NCBI GenBank assembly: GCA_030704615.1
Contig: CM060732.1
Coordinates: 64,232,001-64,296,000 of the forward strand
Direction: 5' to 3'
DNA length: 64,000 nucleotides
From: Takakia lepidozioides
Taxonomy: Eukaryota; Plantae; Bryophyta
Position 1 is the first letter of the stretch; each line of letters starts with the position of its first letter. The notes below the pieces were generated by a model, which was not told the origin of the DNA, searched no databases, and worked only from the letters and a program-made list of their open reading frames with translations. This document shows positions 12,901 through 24,631 of this stretch, one piece after another. A program made the translations under genes and the position numbers.

Positions 12901-13983
12901 TGAAAAACTATCCAAAACATTGTCTGCAGGTAGGTAATTTTATACAGAGAAAAAGACGGACTACATTTTTCATTCTGGCCCAATCTTCATCGGAATTCAT
13001 CCGATGAAAATACAAATTGGATGAAGAACAACGTGACTAGTTTTAGGTCACATCTCGTTTTGGGGTTAAGAAATTATTTAATAAATTCGAGACCGCCAGC
13101 TCTGACCTTCTCGATTTTAAAAATTTATTTAATAAATTGAGTGCCAGCGTTGGTGGTCCCCATTTTGTAAGAAAATATTAATATAATAGGACCGCGAACT
13201 CTACTGGTTCCGATTTTTTTAATTTATTTATTTTTCAGATAAAATTGAACTTGCGGTCCCGATTTTTATTTTTATTGGATAAAATCGAGATTGCCATAGT
13301 GGTAATCCCAATTATTTTTTTATTTTTTTATTTTATTTTAAAGAAAAAAGATGTGATAATGCTATAATTAGCGTTTTTGGATTTAATTTAATTTATATTT
13401 TTTTTATTTTTTTGATAAAATCAGGACTGCCAGCTGTTAGCGGTCCCAATTTAATTGGAAAAAAAAACCCAAAATAAGGAAATTTGGGACCGTCAGCTCT
13501 ATCGGTCTTGGATTTAACTAAAATATTTAAGAAAATTGTGACGGCCATCTCTGATGGTCCTAAAATCAGTAAATAATTAATTTTTTAAAAATCGGGACTA
13601 CGACCTCTGAAGGTTTCAAAATCAATAAAATGGAAGAAAATTTAAAAAATCAGGATCGTCAGTTTTGGCGATTCTTAATTTAATTTTAAATAATAAAAAT
13701 ATCGGGATCGTTCTGAATTTAACCCAAAAAATAAAAATAAAAATCATCGGTTGTGGCCATTGCCACCAATTACAGCTGTCCCATTTTATTTTTTTTATTT
13801 TCTTAGAATCGTAATTTATTGTTTGTTTCTTAATAATTTGGGATGTTAAGTCGGACGTGATGCCCACGAGAATCACCTCATCCTTCGCGACCTTCTCCAC
13901 TTTATTATCGGAATTGTTGTCTCACATGATGACGTAGACATGCATCTTCGATGAAGAAGACGTCACATTTCTTGTTCTCTTCA
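9992..13983. repeat. Copy 1 of a dispersed direct repeat (with a 2.46-kb extra segment), includes hairpin array B (~13080-13840)
   Basis: 9992..10198 aligns to 16869..17072, and 12662..13983 aligns to 17070..18415. Confidence 0.9.
10201..12660 (-). pseudogene. Retrotransposon accessory-type ORF (resembles Transposase_32/env-like plant ORFs) with C-terminal coiled coil, disabled
   Basis: LGLKDLL..RELMIEFVSNFDS..TVKGVVIQLTPERLQEVFELPVG, then a frameshift to LWAKMMH..KELK..VHLILA. ORFs 11276..11617, 10946..11275 and 10479..10943 are in one frame split by stops. Coiled-coil-like sequence continues to a TAA at 10201. Confidence 0.6.
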
Positions 13984-15090
13984 CACATCCTCATTGGATG
14001 CCGTTGTAGGAACTACTTACACAGCCAAACAAGATGAAATGACTTCCATTGTCAATCCCTTGTTGTGAATAAAGGCATCAAGTCTAATGAGAGCCTCGTA
14101 TCTGTCTCTCTCATCGAAATCACGAACCAACTGCTCAAGACTCTGGGGAATAAAAGCGGCAGCATTCACTTCTATCGCAGGTCGCACGAGCTGCTATTGA
14201 GCACTTACATCCTCCTCATGGGGGGTGTTGAGAGCCCTGTCAAGCTCCCGAACCACCATCTCATCCTCCTGGTCTCCCAGCACCAGCTCTCTAGGTTGTG
14301 AATTTTTGACCTTGGAGGATTTGTGTTTTATGGGTATGGCCTCGGCGGGTTTGTGACTCTATGGACGTTGTGGCCTTGAATGTTATGGCGGCAGCCTGAT
14401 AAGGCACCGACCTACTCCTTTTCAGGCCTGGATTTGATGTATAATGGATCATAGTGAGGTGTTTTTTGCAAACTTTAGCATGGACCTCTTGAAAGACGGG
14501 TGTGGTAAGCTGTAATGGAATCCTGCCTGTATTTTTGGCCTTGTCATGACATCAAGCCCATGACCTGCAAACTGAGTTTTTTTATTTGCCAAAGAGGCTG
14601 GATCTCGGTTGTTCAAGATGCTTGTGTGTACATGTCTTGAATTTGCAATATGACAGGCTGATCTCACACTCCCTTGACGCCTTGTATGATTATACGTCTT
14701 GGGGTGATTACAAATGGCATGGAATCTGTTTTATCGTGCCCAAGTGGATTGCTTGGAGGCATGTCCTGATTCTGAAATATTGCAGGCTGGTCCTTATGCT
14801 TTGCTTGATGCATGACCCTATGTAATAAAAAGCTGAAAATGTAAGGTGTTGCAATCAGTGATTTTGACCTTGTCATGACACCAGGCTCGTGACCTGCAAT
14901 TTAATGATTCATTGGCCAAGATGGCCGGATCTCGAGTGTTCGAGATGCTTGTATCCCATACATGAACATCATCTGCCATCACCTGGTCTGATTCAGAGTC
15001 CGCGTCACTCTCAGAAAGGACAATCACCTCTCTATCTTCAGAAGGGCTCCTCTTTGAGGAAGAGTAAGATTCGCCTCTCCAACGCTTCAT
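13870..15090 (-). pseudogene. Decayed low-complexity gene of unknown family with an internal duplication
   Basis: ORF pieces 14818..15210 and 14449..14667 share TSI.N.RDPA.LAN. An ~85-bp DNA repeat lies at 14539 and 14868. An acidic start (EVIVLSESDADSESD) resembles the IVELSDSSDDD motif in the MULE ORF. Confidence 0.35.
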
Positions 15091-15479
15091 TGCTCTAACC
15101 TGACTAAATAAGTTCAACACAAAGACAATGTGAAATAGAGAGAAAGACTTCTCCACTACACTCTGTAATATATATAACACCACCAATAAGAACATCCAAT
15201 TTAATAACAAAGAATATATTTAATGTATGCTAGTACACCAATATGGATATTAAGTTGTGAAATATCCAACCCCCCGAATTTCACTATGCGAAAAAAATTT
15301 GCACGACTACTATGCTCGGTATTTGTTCCAAATATAATCATTCACTACCCGTCGTGATTTAAACATGATTAAAGTGAATCTCGTTATATTAAGAACTAAT
15401 GACAACTATTCCACGTTCCCTGATTGTCTCAATATTAGCCCTCTACGAAGGTCCTGAGATTTTAAAAAACCTGATCGTG

Positions 15480-16640
15480 ATGATCGACGAGTTCTGTCAA
15501 AATGAATAAATATATTATCGATGAGATTTTTAAATTCGGAGATTTTTAAATTTGTTAAATATATATATTATTGATGAGATTCTACCATTTTTAAAATCAA
15601 AGATTTTTAAATTCTTAAATATACATATTATCGATGAGATTCCTAAATTCTAATTCGCGACAATAACAATATGTCACAAGATTCGATTCGTAGCTTACAT
15701 AAAACCGCCCTTTATAGACTGAAATTATATAAATTGCAGAATCGGAAAAAAAGTATACCCTGGAATTTATCGTATGAATGGACTTACTTTTGTATTAGTA
15801 TAAGATAGTCTGGATGCATAATTTCGCTCTGCGAAAATAAGTGGATTTCACGACATTCATCATATTGTCATATTGTACTTATTGTACTTATTGTATTTAT
15901 TTCTGGCCTCCGTAGCGTACTTTTACCAGGCTGTTGCTAACAGAAATTTTATAAAAGTCAAAAAAATAAATAAATTATCCCCTATGATTGACCGTAATTA
16001 TGGACGGGTTCTGTAATAACAAATTTAGATATTATGGATGAGATTGTTAATTTCGCTCATTCTCATCTCTCTTATTTATTCTATCCGTATTTTACTGAAA
16101 ATGTATAAAGTACAGAATAAAAAACTAACTGCCCTGGAATTTATGGTAAAAATGTATTAACTAGTATAGATATTGTGGATACGTAAGTTCGTTCTACGAA
16201 AATAAGAGGATATCACGACATTCCTCCTAATGTCACATTGTATATTTAAATGTAATAAAATTGTTTGTTTTTTTTCCGTTCCCAAGCATGAAACTAAAAT
16301 TGATAAAATAGAGATAATTAAATTAATTCTACTCCATAATGGATCGAATGGATGGACTGGAGCGGTATTAAAAGTCGAGATATTATCAATAAAATGATTA
16401 TTTTCGCTGTACAAAAAATAAGAGGATGTCAAGAAATCCGACCACATGTCAAATAATATATTTCTTCTTTGAATTATTATTTTATTTGCTCGTTCCGTAG
16501 CTGAATTTAACCTGCCATTGTTAAATTAAAATGATTTTTATTTTTTTTATTGTACCATGTTATTGATCGTAAAGATGACTTATATCTGTACTAAAGGTTA
16601 TAGTGACTATCGATGAGATCTTAATTTCGGGATGATTGTC
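15480..16640. repeat. Degenerate AT-rich tandem repeats
   Basis: tatattatcgatgagatt recurs at about 15511, 15567 and 15627, with variants at 16030 and 16607. A longer unit ccctggaatttat..gaaaataag.ggat.tcacgacatt occurs at 15758 and 16132, with a partial third near 16380. Confidence 0.75.
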
Positions 16641-16868
16641 CTTTTGTCGGATTTTATATCTAGTAAACTTAATGATCATATAAACTTTCTCACGTTTCGA
16701 GCGCGGAAATCTTGAAAAACAAGAACCCAGATTCGGGATAGATGTGTCGTACAGATATTTATTAAGTTCAAAAACAATTCAAGATACATATTTATTTTGG
16801 TTTTCTCATGCAAGTTTATTCCTGACAATATGCTCCACACAATCCTTCAAAAAGGCTCCACAAGCCTA

Positions 16869-18415
16869 CCAGGATCTCTCAATATCTCTCCAAGTGCCCT
16901 CGACCTTATGAGTTTGTGAAATTTTCCCCCAAAAAGTCCTTAAATAGTCCCAATCTCAAACCCCCGCAATTGAACTCTAAATAGTCCAACAAAGGCTCCA
17001 AGAACCTGCCAAATCTTGGCCCTCAAAGACCCCAAATAGCTCTCCAAATACACTTCAAAGAGCTCCTCAAAGGACCTAAAAGATCCTCCAAACTATTCTC
17101 CAAAAAGGCTCTACAAGCCTGCCAAAGACCTGAAATAGTCATCTCACAGGCCATACATCTGAATTAAGCTGCCTCAGCCAACCATGATATCCATTGAGGG
17201 ATTCACACACGAGCAAACTAGGAGGCATATAGGTGAAAATGAAGGTCTAATAAAAAAAATTACACGTAGGAAGGTCACTCCTCACAGTATTGCCCTCCAA
17301 TTCAATTTTCAAAAACCATCCAAAACATTATCTGCAGGCAAATAACTTTATATAGAAAAAAAAGATGGACTACATTTTTCATTCTGGCCCAATCTTCATC
17401 GGAATTCATCTGACGAAGATACAAATTGGATGAAGAACGACGCGATCAGTTTTAGGTTACATCGTCGTTTAGGGATTAAGAAATTATTTAATAAATTCGA
17501 GACCGCCAGCTCTGACGGTCTCAATTTCTAATCAATTATTTAATAAATTCAAGACCGCCAGCTTTGGCGGTCCCCATTTTTAAGAAAATATCTAATACAA
17601 TGGGACCGTGAACTCAGTGGTTTCGATTTTTTAATTAATTAATTATTCAAATAAAATTGAGCTTGCGGTCCCGATTTTTAATTTTATTGGATAAAATCGA
17701 GATTGCCATAGTGGTAATCCCAATTTATTTTAATTTTTAATTTAGTTTTTAAGAATTGTTTTTTATAATACTGTAATTAGCGTTTCTGGATTTTATTTTA
17801 TTTTATTTTATTTTATTTTTTGGATAAAATCAGGACTGCCAGCTATTAGCGGTCCCAATTTAATTGGAAAAAAAAACCAAAAATAAAGAAATTTGGGACC
17901 GCCAGCTCTATCGATCCTGGATTTAACTAAAAATATTTAAGAAAATTGAGACTGCCACCTCTGACGTTCCCAAAATCAATAAATAAATAATATTTTAAAA
18001 ATCAGGCCCACCACCTCTGAAGGTTTCAAAATCAATAAAATGTATAAAATGTAAAAAATCAGGACCGCCACTTGTGGCGGTTCTTAATTTAATTTTAAAT
18101 AATAAAAGTATCGGGATCGTTTTGAATTTAATAAAGAAAATAAAAATAAAATAAAGATCACCGTCTGTGGCCATTGCCGCCAGTTACAGCTGTCTCATTT
18201 TATTTTTTTATTTTTTGAAAATCATAATTTATTGTTTGTATATTGATAATTTGGGATGCCAAGTCAAACGCGATAATATGTCGGTTCGATTCAGGCCCGC
18301 TAGAATGACCTCATCCTTTGCGATTTTCTCCGCTTCATTATCGGATTGCTCTCTGACAGGATGGCGTAGACATGCCTTTTCGATGAGGAAAACGTCTCAT
18401 CTTCCGTTCTCTTCA
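16869..18415. repeat. Copy 2 of the direct repeat (lacks the ORF), includes hairpin array C (~17490-18250)
   Basis: Colinear with copy 1. Palindromes include gagaccgccagctctgacggtctc, gaccgccagctttggcggtc and ggaccgccacttgtggcggttc. Confidence 0.9.
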
Positions 18416-19655
18416 TGAAACGAAAGGGTATCTGCGAGGAAGAGAAACTGAACACAGAAAAAATAAAAATAAAAATAAAATGAACATAGAAACCGGAACA
18501 AAAACCCTAATAACTGTTCGAGCTAAACAGAACAATGTTGGACTGCAGATTACCAAACCACAATAGTTTGTTTTTAAATGCAAATCTAGATCGCTGTACT
18601 TCAACCCATTCTTATGCAAAGAGGAGCTAGAAATGATACCTGAGGAATTCTACTGTGATGTACTGTATAAAATGCTTCGTTGCAACTGATCGCAAGATCA
18701 AACAACAATTTCATAGAGCCTCAAGTCTCTGATGTGTGTCATGATTACATGATAAAGAAATATTCAATGTATATCGGAGAAACACGATGCTCGAAAGTAA
18801 CTTTAGAAAGTGTGGTACAAACAATTAGTCGTTCATCTTACAAAGAAAAATATATGTTGAAAGTTCGAAGCGATACTTAATTATCAAGCTTGTGCAAATA
18901 AAGATCATGTACTGTTAGGGATGAATGATCTTAAACATTTAAGGGCATTTATGGTGATTGATGAGGGAATGGAAGCATGTGTAATTTTTAATATGTCTAT
19001 AAATAGACAAAAAATTACAATCGATATTTTGGGTTGGGTGCTGGATGTTCCAAATCTCATCTGAGAAGTTGAAAAATGACGTACGTTGTTTGAATCGCCG
19101 TATTGTATGACATGAAAACAAAGTACACCAATAACCAGTTGAAAATGAGAAGAGACGGAGGGATTGGATGGATCATCTTTATATCATCTCATTTGTCAAG
19201 AAGTGACTTGTAACAAATCCTACATTCTGGGCTTCCCTCATTGTAACTAACGATTTGTGCAAAGAACCATGCTCTCATAAAGCCTGTTTCTTTATTACTG
19301 ACCTCTACGCGGGCTGAAGAAGGTGCTCTAACTTTGCGGTCGTTAGATAGCATGGATTTGAAAGTTAGAAGAGTTGTCTCTTCTTGCAGAGTTAGACTAT
19401 ATGCATCATCTTCATCGGAACAAAGATCTATGGTATAACGCTTAATCCAGCCTATTAAACATTTGACATATTTGAGTACTTTCACACCCAAGTGTTGTAA
19501 ATCATCTCTTGTCAGCTCCAGTAAATGCTTATGATCCGCTTCTACCTTGATAAAACGCTCATTGTATGTCGTGGTATCTAATAGAGCGCTAATATGTGCC
19601 ACAATCTCCGCGACTTTCCACCCTAGTACAACATTTTTAGAAGACACAAATTATA

Positions 19656-20725
19656 GGGAGGTTGTTATTCCGTGAACTTGGAGGTGTGAGTCTATGAGCC
19701 TAGGAGCCCGTGAGCCTAGCATAGACACACGTCACGTCATATTTGAATTTGGAACTTACAGGGCGTATTTTCTGCTGGAAGCGCCTATTTCCATGGATTG
19801 ATTGACTCTTTCAAGTTATTGCAGACGATATCTTTTAATTCATCCCACCCCTGGCCCTCGTCTTATAACAACGATTTGATTAGTGTGCGATTGCCGATGT
19901 GAGACAGAATGAGTGTGCTGGTTACAAGAAGCTTCCTTATCAGTCCAGACATAGTAACATCTTACAGTGCAGATGCCCAAGACCCAAAAGTTACGCAGAG
20001 TGGAATTAAGGCTTAGACACATGAAAATCGGCCTTGGACACGTGAATTTTTTTGACACATAAAATAGATTGATTTAGATGTGGTGTACATACCAAGCCCT
20101 CACATGTTTGGAAATGGATGAATGTCATTGTATTTGAATGAAACATTCTCCAAGACGCCCGGGATGACATTCAATATATGCGGTTTGACTTGACACAAAC
20201 GAATATACTTCTTGCATCACATTTTACGATCATCACTTCTGCTCTGTTTTGGCCTTTGGATAGTTGTGATAATCGTCGACGATCATCACTTCTGTTAGAT
20301 TGAGTTTAGGGTTTATGATTTAGGGTTAGGGTTTGCGGTTTAGGGTTAAGGTTAAGGTTTAAAATTAGGTTTGGGGTTTAGGGTTTAGGGTTTAGGGTTT
20401 ATAGTTAGGGTTGGGATTTACGGTTTGTTCTACTTTACCCCATGCGTCTACTTATCATGTTTTAATTAGCTTAAAACAGTACAGATATTTGCTACAAATA
20501 CAGTAACTTCTTCCATGCGGCCCCACACAAGCCCGCATTTCACACATGATAACCATGGTTTTCCACGATAATAGTGCTGCATTTATCATCCTCGCCTATA
20601 AGAGCTTTTTCTCCAGAATTGTTGCGCTCACACTTGATAAAGCATGAGCTTAGCTCATGCTTCCTCGCTAAACATGAGCTGAGCGCCCAAGCTCACGCGG
20701 CTGGGCTCACGCCGTAGCTACGCTC
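19656..20725. mobile_element. Non-autonomous TIR element (MULE-like) with 8-10 bp TSD
   Basis: Flanks caaattatag (19647) and caaattctag (20725). Clustered GTGAGC motifs at the left end and GCTCAC motifs at the right end. Left end gggaggttgttattccgtga resembles the element at 29358. Confidence 0.7.
20306..20420 (+). repeat. Interstitial degenerate telomere-like tract (TTTAGGG/TTAGGG)
   Basis: tttagggtttatgatttagggttagggttt..gggtttagggtttaggggtttagggttt.. Confidence 0.85.
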
Positions 20726-21778
20726 AAATTCTAGATCCATCGTAATTATTTGTCATTGCGCCTGTACAGGTTCTAAGTCAAACACATATTCAGCTTAACT
20801 AAGGACGAAAATATCTTGATGATGTCTAACTTCACTTCTCGATTACATAATCCAGTCGCGATGTTATAAAAATTATTTTTTGAGCTGATTGTACTAATTT
20901 GTTGCTAAACAAGAAAAATGGTATGTCCATGAAATCGAACTAATCCCTGATCCTTTGTGACACCTTAACAAGGTATTATGGTTACTCGAAAAATAGTTTT
21001 TATTATTGGTTCTGGTTTCGTTTTATCTCTTCCCAAATAGGCCCCCACTGTACCTTGTCATTGTCGGTTACTTGTCACGTGGTTCTCTTACCGTTATCAA
21101 GATACAAAATGAACTTGACAAATATATGGCTATAATCACTGACATAAAATTAATCTTAGATTATCTATATTATTCATACTGACCCCACGCACAACAGACA
21201 ATGCAATCAACCTGCATACGTGGAGAAATATCATAGTGCATATATATGCAAGTTCTTTCATGGCTTGGAGGTATGCAACGTTGTTCATGATGATGAATCG
21301 CTTTGCTAATCTCATGAATGGTCTTGTCCTGAATCTCATCGTGGTAGAGTTGGGCTAAATAATATATGATACATGATGACGATTTTTTTTGCCACTATAC
21401 ACAAAATCTGTGCTTGCTCTAGGACTTATATAACAGCTTTGTAATTTGGATCGTCTGAGGTGAAGTCGATAGTTCTACCTTATAACGTGGATATGGAGGT
21501 CCGTGAAGCCTCTTTTGGGACACAATTTGATTTAAACATCAAAGTAAAAAAATAAGAATAATTAAGGTTAATTATCACTAATTAAACTCACCGTAACATC
21601 TTCATTGACTTTCTTGTCACTTTTGCTCAAGCCAGCTTCGTCATCTTCTCCCTCATCTGCCCACTCCGTTCTACTCAGTCTCAATTTCCTGTCCATCATC
21701 TCGTGCAAACAAGATATAAAAGTCATTAAAACATTCAATCTATTAAAATCTATTTGTAATTTATATAAGCCCATACTG

Positions 21779-21895
21779 TACCCTCCGGGGACCCAATAAT
21801 TTTTATATAGGGCCTACTCCCGAAAGAGGGCAGTAGCCGCAAGGTGAACTGACTCTTAGATACGCCGGCCGTGGTCGGAGTCATCTCTTTCTCTT
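21779..21895 (+). mobile_element. Short retroposed element (family E1, structured 3' end)
   Basis: Flanked by taagcccatactg (21766 and 21896). The ~85-bp core matches 57192..57270. Confidence 0.75.
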
Positions 21896-22116
21896 TAAGC
21901 CCATACTGAACCTTCTCAATGTCCCTACAAAAAATATGGTGTATAGACAAATAATATCAAATTTAGAACTGAAGGACATATGAATTAACAAAAATATTAG
22001 TAATAAGCTAACATTTCTCATATCTTTTGAGTAGCTTAGTGGTGTACCGCTTCGGCTGTAAATTCAATGTTTGTTCCAAACTCTGTCATATTCATGGTAA
22101 GAATAAAACCACATAC

Positions 22117-22860
22117 TTGGGTTGCACACATCGTGACGTCACGTCACATAAGACCTAACGCTGACGTGACCCGCGTCATGTCGGTTTTATCGAAATATCA
22201 ATTAAAAATAAATTTTGATAAAAAATGATCATTTCATCCGTCACGTCGCATTGTCAAATACACTGTGGATTCATAATGAATTTTTTATAAATTATTCCGA
22301 CCGCTAATATTGGCAGTCATTTTATTTGTTTTTAAAAATACACGCGACCGTCAATATCGTCGGTCGCAACATTTTTTATAAACAAATATATGCAACCACT
22401 AATGTTGACGGTCGCAATATTTTATTTTATTTATTAATGTATATATTTTTTACTTTTTAAAAATACGTGGCGGTCGCATATTTTTTGTTTTTATCTTACG
22501 TATATTGGCGGTCACATGCTTTTCATTTTTTCTAAATGCGTACAAACGCCAAAATTGAAACACTGCGACCGCCAATATTGGCAGTTGCATCTTTTTTCTT
22601 TTAAAAAAAAAACATTCTTACGACGTTAATATTGGGCAGTTCCATATATATTTGTCTCTTATTTATACAGTAAAAATTTATCCACGTGGTCAGTCTACTT
22701 GGCCGCCACCTCGATATCGAGAATAAATAGTCAGTACTAGAGATGTGAAAAATAAAAATTAATTACACATAGTAACGTCCGATTTAGACATGACGCGACG
22801 ATGGTTTGGACGCGACATTTTGACGTGTCAGCGCCACGCCGTGTCCATATGTGCAACGAG
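22117..22860. mobile_element. Foldback-like element containing hairpin array D (GCGACCGCCAATATTGGCGGTCGC consensus)
   Basis: Terminal inverted blocks gttgcacacat/atatgtgcaac and cgcgtcatgtc/gacatgacgcg. Candidate 9-bp TSD accacatac (22108) / accaaatac (22861). Palindromes at about 22298, 22343, 22391, 22565 and others. Confidence 0.65.
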
Positions 22861-23149
22861 ACCAAATACATCTTTATTGATGACGTCTTCAATAGATTTT
22901 ACACCATATATGAGAAATCACTAAGCCCTAAATAAATTAATCTTCCATTTGCAAACAAATAAACAAAAGATGGAAGCAACATGAAAGGTGTTGTAAGACA
23001 CATCATTGATTCATAACTTCTACTTCTCAAGAAGTACGTTGACTTTCTTAGCCAAAGGTGGAAGCTTGAGGTGTTAGGATGACGTAGACTACCGGCACTT
23101 CAATCAAATCCCCCTATTAAACAATTGAAGATTACATAATAATTTTCAA

Positions 23150-24451
23150 TTTTTTAACTCATATATATAAATTTAAATCCAAATTGAACTAGTGATACAA
23201 ACGTAAGCAAGAAGAACTCATTTTAAAAGAGATGGCGTATGTCTTCCAATGTTTTGACTTACATTTTCAAATGCTTAAATTGTGGTCCACTAGGGACAAA
23301 CAATTCTTGCAAGTCAACATTTTTTTCCAACTCCGAGATTTTTATTAACCATGCTCTGTAAGAATTTGATCAAATCATTGATATTAGAACTCCCCAGCAA
23401 AAATATCAAATGTTTCCATGATGGTCTTATCAAATTTGAGACATTTCAAAAGTGGATTATCGTTTAGTCTTTGTTCACTAAGCTTAGGCATATGAAATAT
23501 CTCTTGATCACATTGACTAAACCGGGTGGTTGTGGTAGGCTCTTTCAATCCCTAAAGTTGAAACAAATGATCTTCATCTTTACAAAGACGGAGGGTTTCG
23601 ATGTCTTCAGAAGACAATGGAATGAGAAGCATGCTAGACTTCTTACAACAAGAAACAATTTTTTAATTTTCTCTTTCATGAAAAATATTTTCTTTTGTGC
23701 TTTCCCATTTTTGTACTTTTTGTTCTCCAAAAATCATCCATGTATATGTTCCACCTTCAATCTAAGTTGTGTCCCCGCATTCTGAAAAACGAGTAGAGAA
23801 AGAAAATGAGCATTATCTCGGATGTATTTTTTGATAAACTAATGAGCCTCTTGTTCTCGTTTGAAATTAGAGTGAAAAAAAGACCTTACGAAATGATTGG
23901 CTTGGTCTTTGAACCAACTTCTCATAACACTCATATTAATATTGAATGTACGATGTTGCATGGGGTAAAACTCCCGAAGATAGCAACAACCAAACAAACT
24001 ATGGGCTCCAAATTCTGGAGCATCCACTATTTTTTTTTTAAAGAATACGCTCATAGGAAAAGTCAGGATGATGACCTGTAGAAGGTTTGTCAAGTGTGTT
24101 CTACTTGATGAAATTTTATCCTTGTTGCATCACATTGGTTTGAATGTCGGAGAAATAGTATATTTCATGACTAAAGTTTGAATATCAAATGCACCATTAG
24201 ATCCTTCAACATTTGAAAAAATTGTGGCATATTGACCAATCTAACTCAATAGGGTTTTTGACTTGTTTAAAGACTTTAGCACTCAAGTCATTCAGATTCT
24301 TTCGTGTAAAATCTAACAAATCCTTACCATCAACCTCCGCCTCCTTAAAGCTCTCATTGTATATCAATGTATTCAAAAGACTACTAACGTGTATAGTAAT
24401 ATCAGCTACAATCTATCCCATCACAACACAGCTAGGAGACACTAGATCCAT
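23150..24451 (-). pseudogene. Second SAM-domain gene (paralog of 19140..20740) with a different C-terminal region, heavily decayed
   Basis: Manual translation from ATG 24451: MDLVSPSCVVMG*IVADITIHVSSLLNTLIYNESFKEAEVDGKDLLDFTRKNLNDLSAKVFKQVKNPI. Linker TISPTFKPM aligns with TTLLTFKSM in the paralog. Not visible in the ORF track because of stops. Confidence 0.7.
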
Positions 24452-24631
24452 GATAATTAGTTCCATGCAGTACACAACCATATCCAGTGATTATGAACTC
24501 ACAAATTTCTAAAGACACATGTAGTGCAAGATAATATCTAAGGAGATCTACTTAATACCATCTTTCTCTGAGTTTTATCTACAATAAATCATGTGTCTAG
24601 CTTGTCTTTTACTTTGATGGAAGTGTATACA

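Larger units (their letters stand above)
19140..20740 (-). pseudogene. SAM domain + Agenet/Tudor domain gene, interrupted by a 1.07-kb insertion just after the start codon
   Basis: SAM-like: WKVAEIVAHISALLDTTTYNERFIKVEADHKHLLELTRDDLQHLGVKVLKYVKCLIGWI. Agenet-like: RVEVSNKETGFMRAWFFAQIV..CRICYKSL..IHPIPP. Removing 19656..20725 plus one TSD restores ATG GAT CTA GAA TTT GTG TCT (MDLEFVSS), matching the paralog start MDLVSP. Confidence 0.75.

Noticed and set aside
13080-18250. Hairpin arrays as a CRISPR array
   Set aside because: Repeats are degenerate, spacers are low-complexity A/T tracts duplicated between arrays, there are no cas genes, and the context is eukaryotic.
18630-19110. Possible decayed plus-strand ORF (F-box-like start MIPEEFYCDVL, MULE-like KLQSIFWV)
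   Set aside because: Too many stops and frame changes; the motifs are too short to support a call.
21136-22000. Possible additional minus-strand decayed gene between the SAM genes
   Set aside because: Coding-like patches only, with no recognisable motif or reconstructable frame.
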